DNA from: Chromatiales bacterium 21-64-14
GTDB lineage: Bacteria; Pseudomonadota; Gammaproteobacteria; 21-64-14
NCBI GenBank assembly: GCA_002255365.1
Contig: NCBI01000003.1
Span: forward strand, 71,495 to 135,494
Reading direction: 5' to 3'
DNA: 64,000 nt
Shown: piece by piece, positions 56,754-64,000 of the stretch
How positions within the stretch are numbered: the stretch's first letter is position 1
Layout of the letters: each line of letters begins with the position of its first letter
Notes under the pieces: generated by a model
Database searches by the model: none
Told to the model about the DNA's origin: nothing
What the model saw: the letters and a program-made list of their open reading frames with translations, nothing else
Position numbers and translations under genes: made by a program

Positions 56754-58450
56754 TGCAGGATCGCGTACTGTTCCTGGTCCTGCGGCGCATGCGGCTACCG
56801 CTGCTGGTGCTGATCGGCGCCTATTCCGTTGCGGTACTCGGCTTGACGCTGGTCCCGGGACTGGACGGCGCGGGGCACGCCCATCACCTCGATTTTTTCC
56901 ACGCATTCTACGTGATCAGCTACACAGTGACCACCATCGGCTTCGGAGAACTGCCTTACCCGTTTACCGATGCGCAGCGGCTGTGGATCCTGCTCTCCAT
57001 CTACACCGGTGTGATCGCCTGGTTCTACGCGATCGGAACCCTGCTCGCCCTGCTCCAGGACCCGGCCTTCAAACAATTGATCCGGGCAGCCCGGTTTGGC
57101 GCAAAGGTGCGCCGGTTGACGGAGCCCTTCCACATCATCTGCGGCTATGGCGACACCGGAAACCTGATCGTGCAGTCCATGACCCGGCGCGGCATGGCCG
57201 TAGTCGTACTCGACCGCGATCAGGAGCGGATCAACGAACTGTCGCTGGAGAACCTCGGCCTTCCGGTCCCCGCGCTGTGTGCCGACGCCAGCCAGCCGGC
57301 ATCGTTGCTGCTGGCCGGCCTGAAACACCCCTGGTGCACAGGGGCCGTGGCCGTGACTCCGGACGATCAGGTAAACCTCAGGATCGCGATCGCCGGAAAA
57401 CTGCTCAACCCGTCACTCAAGGTGATCTCCCGCGCGCAGTCGCATGATACCCAGGCCAATATGGTCTCCTTCGGAACCGACGCGGTCACAAACCCATTCG
57501 ATACCTTCGCCGACCGCCTGGCGAGCGCCCTCCATTCTCCAGACCTGCACCTGCTATTCCAATGGCTCACCGCGAGACCCGGGGGACCTCTGCCCCGCCG
57601 GCTCGATCCACCGCGGGGCACCTGGATACTCTGCGGCTACGGCCGATTCGGAAAATCGGTGAACCGCTACCTGCAATACGAGGGGGTGCCGACGATAATC
57701 ATTGAGAAGGAGCCGGACAAGACCGATGCGCCGGAAGGTACGGTGATCGGCCGTGGGACGGAAGCCGTCACCCTGCGCGAGGCCCACATCGAGAGCGTCG
57801 TGGGAATCGTGGCGGGTACCGACGACGACGCCAACAACCTGTCGATCATCGTCACCGCCCGCGCACTGAACCCGGCGCTCTTCACGGTGGCGCGCCAGAA
57901 TGAACGCGACAACGCCCCCCTGTTCGAGGCCGCGTCCCTGGATCTGGTCATGGAACGCGCGTCGATGCTGGCGGGACGGATCCTGACCCTGATCCGTACC
58001 CCGATGCTGGCCGAATTTCTGCGCCTCGCCCGGCACCAGAACAACGAATGGGCCGGCATGCTCGTCGAACGGCTGCGGCACGTCGTGCGCGGCCGCACTC
58101 CGGACGTGTGGGCGGTCGAGATCAAGGCCCCGCGCGCAGCGGCTGTGGCCGCTGCGCTATCCGAGGGCCAGGAGGTGCACATTGCACATCTGCTGGCGGA
58201 TCCCGGGGACCGGAATCGAAGCCTGCCGTGCCTCGCGCTCCTGCTCCTGCGCGGCGAGGAGGAAACGCTGCTGCCCGGCGAACCGTTGCCACTCCAAGAG
58301 AACGACCGCCTGTTGTTCTGCGGGCATCCCGAAGCCCGCTCCCGGATGTTCAGGATTCTTCGCGACCAGAACGTGTTAGGCTATGTCCAGTCCGGGGTGC
58401 TGCACCCCGACGGCTATGTGTGGCGCCGATGGGCCCGCCGCAACGACTAG
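56754..58450 (+). CDS. RCK/TrkA-N domain-gated potassium channel (2TM pore plus two RCK domains)
   Basis: Pore helix and selectivity filter (TVTTIGFGE). Two Rossmann-like RCK domains (ICGYGDTGN and ILCGYGRFGKS). Confidence 0.8.
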
Positions 58451-58562
58451 CACCCGCTGCCGGCTTCCAAGCCGGCAGGCGCCCCGCATGGCCTCCTCCG
58501 ACTACCCTGCACCCAGTTTCCGGTACCCCGGATGCCGTGGGTAACCGAGCCACAGAGCGGCC

Positions 58563-59438
58563 ATGACAGAACCTCCTGATGATCGATCGGACACCGTGTT
58601 ATGCCCCACGCGAGGGCCGGCGGCATGGAAACACGGAGCCGCCGCGCTGCTTACCGCCCTCATCCTGTGCGGCCCATGCATCAGCGCCGCCGCGGTACCC
58701 GGCACACTGGACGTTGGGGATTTCTCCGCCGCGCGACCCGGCGGACAGCTTCCGCCAGGCTGGCGCCCGTTGCGCTTTCCGGGGATCGGAAAGCATACGA
58801 GATATACCCTGGTACAAAACGGCGGACAGGTGGTGATACGAGCGCAGGCGGATGCGTCAGCCTCCGGACTGGTACGGGAAGTCCACATCGATCCGCGTGT
58901 CTACCCGGTACTGCGCTGGCGATGGAAAATCACTGGGGTCCTTGCCGGCACCAGTCTGTCGCGCAAGGACGGCGACGACGCCATGGCGCGCCTGTACATC
59001 ACCTTTGCCTATGATCCGGCGCGTCTTGGGCCCATCGATCGGCTGCGCTATGAGGCCGCGCGATTGGTCTATGGGAGCGCACCGCCGTTGCGGGCCCTCA
59101 CTTACCTATGGACCGGCGCCGGCCGCATCGGCGCCTGGGCGCCGAATCCCAGCACCGATCGGGTCATGATGCAGGTACTTGAGACCGGCGGGTCACGGGT
59201 CGGTCAGTGGGTAACGGAGGAACGCAACCTCTACCAGGACTACCGGCGCGCGTTCGGGGAGGATCCGCCCATGATCTCCGGGGTAGCAATCATGACCGAT
59301 ACCGACAACACCGGCGGTAGAACGGTCAGCTATTACGGCGACATCCGTTTCGAAAAACCGGATGCGGTAAGACCCACTCAGACCCGATCAAATGCGCCGG
59401 CAACCATGATCGAGGCAGGAGACCAGCGTACCCCCTGA
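58563..59438 (+). CDS. DUF3047-domain secreted protein
   Basis: Hydrophobic leader, then VLRWRWK and the surrounding DUF3047 pattern. 291 aa. Start uncertain (ATG at 58563 or GTG at 58596). Confidence 0.65.
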   Translation: MTEPPDDRSDTVLCPTRGPAAWKHGAAALLTALILCGPCISAAAVPGTLDVGDFSAARPGGQLPPGWRPLRFPGIGKHTRYTLVQNGGQVVIRAQADASASGLVREVHIDPRVYPVLRWRWKITGVLAGTSLSRKDGDDAMARLYITFAYDPARLGPIDRLRYEAARLVYGSAPPLRALTYLWTGAGRIGAWAPNPSTDRVMMQVLETGGSRVGQWVTEERNLYQDYRRAFGEDPPMISGVAIMTDTDNTGGRTVSYYGDIRFEKPDAVRPTQTRSNAPATMIEAGDQRTP

Positions 59439-59451
59439 CGTCTCCCGGACA

Positions 59452-60012
59452 TCAGCTGCGCAGACGCCAAGTGGGAATCCCGTCCCGCATCAGACCATGG
59501 CGTTCCAGCCACGCTCCGGCGTCCTCGGCATCCTCGGTAAACCAAGCGCGGGCCGAACCCAATCGGAAGCTGTAACCCCACGTATCCATGTCCGCCATCA
59601 GGCGGACACGGCCGAGATCCGGCAAGTAATCCGCCAACAGAATCTGCAGGTAGCACACCGCGCCCTCCTCCAGATAATCTCCGCCAGCGTCCGTATGCAC
59701 GCCGGCGCGCCGCTCCGGCGCCATGCATACGTAGTGACACGCCTCGTGCAGCACCGAATGAACCGGCGTATCGGCGCCCGCATAGAGCGTGGCTCCGATC
59801 AGTCCCGCCTCCGGCGCCCCCCAATAGCTGCCTGGGATCGGCCCGGTGTCTGGAGCCGCGTGCAGGCACAGCCGGTAACGTGCCAGCAGATCGTGCAGCG
59901 CGCGCTGATCGGCGCCCGCGTAGCACAGCACCCCGGTGGCGAAAGAACCCGATGCACCGGGAACATCCAGCGGTGCGCGCATGTCCCGCCGTGACTCGGC
60001 ATTCATAGACAC
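59452..60012 (-). CDS. Hypothetical protein
   Basis: 186 aa with balanced composition. The overlapping 222-aa ORF in another frame is R-rich and was rejected. Confidence 0.45.
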   Translation of the reverse strand: MSMNAESRRDMRAPLDVPGASGSFATGVLCYAGADQRALHDLLARYRLCLHAAPDTGPIPGSYWGAPEAGLIGATLYAGADTPVHSVLHEACHYVCMAPERRAGVHTDAGGDYLEEGAVCYLQILLADYLPDLGRVRLMADMDTWGYSFRLGSARAWFTEDAEDAGAWLERHGLMRDGIPTWRLRS

Positions 60013-60112
60013 CTGCCTCTGCGCCTCTGGAGGACAACCGCCTCATCCCCCGGTACGGATGCTACCCACGGGTCACCGCGCCGTCCATGGCAAGGACCGT
60101 TCGCCCTCGTAC

Positions 60113-60448
60113 TCAATCATCACTCTGGTAGCGGTGGTGCTCGCGCCATTCGTGGCGCCGCCACGCCCGTTCCCGCCATTCGTGCGACCGCCAGCCCGCA
60201 CTCCGATCCGGGTACTGGTAGCCATAGGGGGTATAGCCATAGTCTCGGTAACGATAAGAATAGGGGCGCGGAACCACCACCACCGGCGGGGACGGGGTGT
60301 AGTAGTGATACACGGGGGCGGGCGCTAACACGCTACCCAACAATACGCCCAGGGCGAAATTGCCTCCGCCGTCACCATCGGCGAAGGTCGGTGTGGATAC
60401 GGCGGTCAGAGCCAGTCCGGCCACCGCGGCGATCATGAGCTTTTTCAT
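60113..60448 (-). CDS. Small secreted Tyr/Pro-rich protein with a repeated HEWRE C-terminus
   Basis: Signal peptide MKKLMIAAVAGLALTAVSTPTFA. Gly-rich segment, YSYRYRDYGYTPYGYQY, then tandem WRSHEWRERAWRRHEWREHHRY. Confidence 0.5.
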   Translation of the reverse strand: MKKLMIAAVAGLALTAVSTPTFADGDGGGNFALGVLLGSVLAPAPVYHYYTPSPPVVVVPRPYSYRYRDYGYTPYGYQYPDRSAGWRSHEWRERAWRRHEWREHHRYQSDD

Positions 60449-60484
60449 TGCGCACTCCTTGAGCATCAGTTGAGCCAGGGGGGG

Positions 60485-60633
60485 CGGGATCCGTAGCCGG
60501 TCGATCCGCGAGCGCTACGGGCCGATCCCCATGGTGCATAGCTTGCACCCACGCGACTGAACGGAGGCTGAACGGCTGTCCCCCGATCCCGATGCACCTG
60601 AACCAGGGATGTAAGACCGGCTGCGGATCCCGT
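60485..60633. repeat. Intergenic structured element: 18-bp imperfect inverted repeat (cgggatccgtagccggtc ... gaccggctgcggatcccg) enclosing about 113 nt with internal ccgatccc...atgcac direct repeats
   Basis: Read directly; one mismatch, which would be a G-U pair in plus-strand RNA. Lies in the divergent intergenic region between the Tyr-rich gene and the cupredoxin gene. A G7 run immediately precedes it. Confidence 0.35.
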
Positions 60634-60765
60634 CTCGGCCCTCGGACCATTCCTTTATCACGCTGGTTTTAGTAATAAAAATTACTAAAAACAGCATTTT
60701 AATAGATCAGCCAAGGGATGGGCAAGGGTTCCCCGAAGTTGACGCGGGCTATTGTATTCATCAAT

Positions 60766-60785
60766 ACGAATGTTTATCATTAACG
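60766..60785. promoter_or_regulatory. Candidate Fur box upstream of the cupredoxin-FTR1 operon
   Basis: acGAATGTTTATCATTAACg matches the Fur consensus at 13 of 17 positions. It sits in the most AT-rich 150 bp of the window. A second palindrome, TAGTAAT-AAAA-ATTACTA, lies at 60670-60687. Confidence 0.4.
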
Positions 60786-60828
60786 TTAAGTTCTAGATCC
60801 CCATAGACGAAGCCCGGAAACAAGCACC

Positions 60829-61212
60829 ATGGCTGATCCCTATCGTTCGCAATCGCGTGGTCCCCGCTTGGCGGGGACCCTGCTGGGTAGCGTTCTCGCC
60901 CTCGCCTGGGCGGTGGTACCGGCGCACGCCGACACACTGAGAGTCATCAACTTGTCTATCAAGCAGGGGCATTTCCACCCGCAGACCGTGCAGGTCCCCG
61001 CCGGCGAGAAATTCAAGCTCCGCGTGACCAATCACGGTCCGGCGGTGGAGGAGTTCGAGAGCACCGACCTGAACCGCGAGCAGATCGTGACGCCGGGGCA
61101 CAGCATCGAAGTGTATCTCGGGCCACTCAAACCGGGACGCTATAAATTTTTCGGCGACTTCCACCCGGATACCGCAAAGGGCGAGATCGTCGCCGAGCAG
61201 GAGAAGCCCTGA
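60829..61212 (+). CDS. Periplasmic cupredoxin-domain protein (FtrB/EfeO-N-like)
   Basis: Signal peptide. Motif LRVTNHGPAVEEFES...GDFHPDTAKGEIV typical of cupredoxin-like partners of FTR1 permeases. Its stop overlaps the start of the next gene. Confidence 0.7.
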   Translation: MADPYRSQSRGPRLAGTLLGSVLALAWAVVPAHADTLRVINLSIKQGHFHPQTVQVPAGEKFKLRVTNHGPAVEEFESTDLNREQIVTPGHSIEVYLGPLKPGRYKFFGDFHPDTAKGEIVAEQEKP

Positions 61213-62063
61213 TGGCCACGGTACTGTTCATTGTATGGCGCGAAAGCCTGGAGGCGGTGCTGGTAGTGGGCATCCTGTATGCCTACCTCACCCGCCTCGG
61301 CACCGGGCGACGCGGCATGCGTTACCTGTTCACCGGCGTAGCGGGCGGTATCGGGCTCAGCGCGCTGCTGGCCCTGGTAACGATGCGCATCGAGACCGAC
61401 CTGCAGGGCCAAGCCCTGCAGTATTTCCAAGTCGCCATGATGGCCACCGCCGCCACGCTGCTCACCCAGATGGTGCTGTGGATGCATCGTCACGGCCGGC
61501 GCCTGAAGCACGACCTGGAAGCGAACCTGGACCGCGCACTGAGCACCGGGAATCTCGCCGGGATCGGGGTGGTCGCCCTGTTGGCGGTGGCGCGCGAAGG
61601 TGCGGAGACGGTGCTGTATCTCTATGGACTGGGCATGGAAACCCATAGCGCTGGTCCCGCGGCTATGACCGGCGCCGCCGTCACCGGATTCGCGCTGGCC
61701 CTGGCCACCGCGTGGCTGGTGTCCCGGGGCGTGCGGTTTTTGAACTACCGGACCTTCTTCAGAATCACCGGCGTGGTGCTGCTGTTCACCGCTGCCGGCA
61801 TGCTGGTAAGCGCCATCTCCCAGCTGATCGGCATGGGCGTGCTGCCGAGCCTTGTGGATCCGGTGTGGAACACCTCCTGGATCCTTGACGCCAACACCCG
61901 GTTCGGCGGTGTAGTCGCGGCCCTCACCGGCTACCGGCCACACCCATCGCTGATGTTGGTACTGCTCTACACCGCCTACTGGGGGTTCGTGGTGTACCGG
62001 CTGCGGAGTACCAACGCAATACCCAGCCCCAGCGCGCCGGATACCGCGACCCTTGGGGCCTGA
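61212..62063 (+). CDS. FTR1-family high-affinity iron permease
   Basis: REXXE motifs (RESLEAVL and REGAETVL) in TM1 and TM4; 7 TM segments; 283 aa. Confidence 0.8.
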   Translation: MATVLFIVWRESLEAVLVVGILYAYLTRLGTGRRGMRYLFTGVAGGIGLSALLALVTMRIETDLQGQALQYFQVAMMATAATLLTQMVLWMHRHGRRLKHDLEANLDRALSTGNLAGIGVVALLAVAREGAETVLYLYGLGMETHSAGPAAMTGAAVTGFALALATAWLVSRGVRFLNYRTFFRITGVVLLFTAAGMLVSAISQLIGMGVLPSLVDPVWNTSWILDANTRFGGVVAALTGYRPHPSLMLVLLYTAYWGFVVYRLRSTNAIPSPSAPDTATLGA

Positions 62064-62229
62064 ACCGGCCCATAAGGACAAACGTAGAGACGGCAGCACA
62101 ACCGATACCGGACTGCCCTGGTCTCTGGCGGCCCGGCTGTAACGATACGGCCCGCGTCGGCGCGGGACTAGGCGCCGGCCGCGGGACACTCCAACCGAGC
62201 GTGCCCAGTCCCCTGAACGGAGAACCTTC

Positions 62230-63021
62230 ATGCCCCTGAAGCACCCAACACGCCGGCGCAGCACCCTGGCCCGCGCCGCCGCCCTGCTCTGTACCCTGCT
62301 GGTATCGGCCCCCGCCTATGCCTTCAACTATTTCGAGATGGAGGTCTACCCATACCGCACCGCCGCAAAGGGAGAGCTGGAACTGGAGAGCGGATCGGCC
62401 TATACGGTGCAAGGCACCCGCGTGCCCCAGGGCGGTAATCAGAACCTGGCGCGGACCAGTATGGAGGCCACCTACGGTCTCACCAATCACCTGGAAGTCG
62501 CCGCCTACGCCGATGCCGTACACCAGCCGGGCCGCGGCAACGCACTCACCTTTGCCGGCCAGCGCTATCACCTGCGGGCGAGCTTCTTCCAGAAGGGTGA
62601 ACTGCCCGTGGACCTGGGGGCGTATGTGGAGTACGAACTACCGAAGATGGATGAGGACAAGCGTGAGGTGGAACTGCGCGGCATCATGGAGAAGGACTTC
62701 GGGATGTGGACGCTGGATATCAACCCGATCTTCGAAAAAGTGATTCAGGGCGCGAATACCGCCGCCGGCTGGAAGTTGATGTATGCCTCGGCCCTCATCT
62801 ACCGCCTCAACGAGACCTTCCAACCGCGCGTGGAATGGTACGGTGACGTGGGAGCACTCAACCACCCGGCGCCCTGGGATCAGCAGGTCCAGCTGATCTC
62901 ACCGGCCCTCACCTACAGCCCGACGCCGACCTTCCACATCCTCGCCGGCTGGGCCTTCGGCCTCACCAAGGCGAGCGAGCAACAAGTGGCACGGCTGCGC
63001 ATGGAGTGGGAATTCTACTGA
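62230..63021 (+). CDS. Putative outer-membrane beta-barrel protein (MipA/OmpV- or MetA-pathway-like)
   Basis: Signal peptide ending AYA. Alternating amphipathic strands. Aromatic C-terminus EWEFY typical of OM beta-barrels. Confidence 0.5.
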   Translation: MPLKHPTRRRSTLARAAALLCTLLVSAPAYAFNYFEMEVYPYRTAAKGELELESGSAYTVQGTRVPQGGNQNLARTSMEATYGLTNHLEVAAYADAVHQPGRGNALTFAGQRYHLRASFFQKGELPVDLGAYVEYELPKMDEDKREVELRGIMEKDFGMWTLDINPIFEKVIQGANTAAGWKLMYASALIYRLNETFQPRVEWYGDVGALNHPAPWDQQVQLISPALTYSPTPTFHILAGWAFGLTKASEQQVARLRMEWEFY

Positions 63022-63054
63022 GCCGCAGATAGGCCGGCGGAACCGGGCGACGGC

Positions 63055-64000
63055 TCAATAGCCCACAGCCAGTCCGGCGGGCCGCCGCGGGTCGTTCGCG
63101 CCTTCCCGCAGACCGTTGTGTGGATCCACCAGGATCGCCTCCGCCGCGCCCCACGGCGGCTGCACCACCACCGAGTATCCCATCTGCTCCAGGGCCTTCA
63201 GGACCGGAGGAGAAATGGCATCCGGCTCCGCGTAGACCACGTCGGGCAGCCACTGCTGATGGATGCGTGGCGCGGCCACCGCCGCCTCGATATTCATGCC
63301 GTAGTCGATCACGTTCAGGATCGTCTCCAGGGTGATGGTGATGATCCGCGACCCCCCGGGACTGCCGGTTACCATGAAAAGCCGTCCGTTGTGCAGGACG
63401 ATGGTGGGGGACATGGAACTCAGCGGCCGCTTTCCCGGGGCCACCGCGTTGCGCGGCCCCTGCACGAGCCCATAGCTATTGGGAACCCCGGGCTTGGACG
63501 TGAAATCATCCATTTCATTGTTGAGGAAAAAGCCCGTGTTGCCCGCGATCAGGCCGGAACCGAAGAAATAGTTCAACGTATAGGTCACCGCCACGGCGTT
63601 GCCATGGGCGTCCACAATGGAATAATGAGTGGTGTCATCGCCCTCCGGCGGCCCCAGCCCGCCGTGCACCTGTGCGGACGGCGTGGCGTGGAATGCCCGG
63701 ATTCCCTTGCGCAACTGCGCCGCGTAGGCGGGCGCGAGCAACCGCGCGATGGGGTTCGTTACGAAGTCGGGGTCCCCCAGATAGGTGTTGCGATCGGCAT
63801 ACGCACGGCGCATGGCCTCCACCAGGTAATGAATCGAACGCGCCGAATGGAAACCGAGTTTCGCCATGGGATATCCCGCCACCACGTTCAGGATCTCGCA
63901 CAGAGTGGTGCCGCCGGAACTGGGAGGCGGTGCGGAGAGGATCTGGTAACCGCGATAGGTACAACCCACCGGATGCTCCTCCTCCACCGTGTAGTGCGCG
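63055..64000 (-). CDS. ggt: Gamma-glutamyltransferase, 5'-truncated by the window edge
   Basis: Autoprocessing/nucleophile region (DDTTHYSIVD), TGFFLNNEMDDF, and the GSPGGSRIITI small-subunit motif. The ORF is open to the end of the window. Confidence 0.85.
   Translation of the reverse strand, partial: AHYTVEEEHPVGCTYRGYQILSAPPPSSGGTTLCEILNVVAGYPMAKLGFHSARSIHYLVEAMRRAYADRNTYLGDPDFVTNPIARLLAPAYAAQLRKGIRAFHATPSAQVHGGLGPPEGDDTTHYSIVDAHGNAVAVTYTLNYFFGSGLIAGNTGFFLNNEMDDFTSKPGVPNSYGLVQGPRNAVAPGKRPLSSMSPTIVLHNGRLFMVTGSPGGSRIITITLETILNVIDYGMNIEAAVAAPRIHQQWLPDVVYAEPDAISPPVLKALEQMGYSVVVQPPWGAAEAILVDPHNGLREGANDPRRPAGLAVGY

Noticed and set aside
59378-60046. 222-aa minus-strand ORF
   Set aside because: A different frame of the region occupied by the balanced-composition 186-aa ORF. 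This one is Arg/Gly-rich.
1-64000. Search for tRNA, rRNA, CRISPR repeats, integrase or transposase genes
   Set aside because: No T-loop-like GTTCRANYC contexts with acceptor stems. No regularly spaced direct repeats. No recombinase motifs in any frame. No mobile-element boundaries evident. GC content is uniform apart from small promoter islands.

Overview
This is a 64 kb stretch of high-GC (about two thirds G+C) proteobacterial chromosome. It carries about 65 protein-coding genes on both strands, densely packed, with several translationally coupled operons whose stop and start codons overlap as GTGA or ATGA. I found no rRNA, tRNA, CRISPR array, transposase or integrase. Many long Arg/Pro/Ala-rich ORFs in the six-frame track are antisense shadows of real genes, as expected at this GC content, and were discarded.

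The content is a mix of housekeeping and accessory functions, in gene order:
- a PepSY protein followed by an OmpR-type response regulator and sensor kinase, and a radical-SAM PA0069-family protein
- spoT facing a divergent TrmH-like methyltransferase, then an MFS transporter
- a cytochrome c-FTR1 fusion iron permease with a Fur-like box, a thiopurine methyltransferase and CorA
- MprF plus an AcvB/VirJ-type hydrolase
- a PEGA/SHOCT lipoprotein and a sensor-less histidine kinase with a NarL-type regulator
- cytochrome b561, an M16 peptidase, a TauE exporter and an IsdG-like ABM monooxygenase
- SlyX, YdcH, ArfB and a GIY-YIG protein
- a DsbA-family protein adjacent to SrkA (yihE-dsbA-like synteny), next to a pncA-like remnant
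- a SMUG-type uracil-DNA glycosylase, Yip1 and UppP
- a three-gene molybdopterin oxidoreductase complex with no Tat signal on the catalytic subunit, resembling SoeABC sulfite dehydrogenase
- SDR, ADH and dienelactone hydrolase genes, a DsrE-like protein and DsbG
- a TetR-HlyD-tandem ABC-permease-permease efflux cluster and a MarR-EmrA-EmrB cluster
- UspA, and a small membrane protein coupled to an RCK-gated K+ channel
- a DUF3047 protein, and a second iron-uptake module of cupredoxin, FTR1 permease and an outer-membrane protein behind a Fur-like box
- a truncated gamma-glutamyltransferase at the right edge.

The most interesting items are:
- two independent FTR1-type permeases with candidate Fur boxes, one of them fused to a c-type cytochrome
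- the Soe-like complex with a divergent coiled-coil/glycine-tail small protein
- a structured intergenic inverted-repeat element at 60.49-60.63 kb
- the sensor-less histidine kinase
- a perfect palindromic operator at 1.63 kb.

All calls rest on reading the translated ORFs and the nucleotide sequence directly; no database searches were run.
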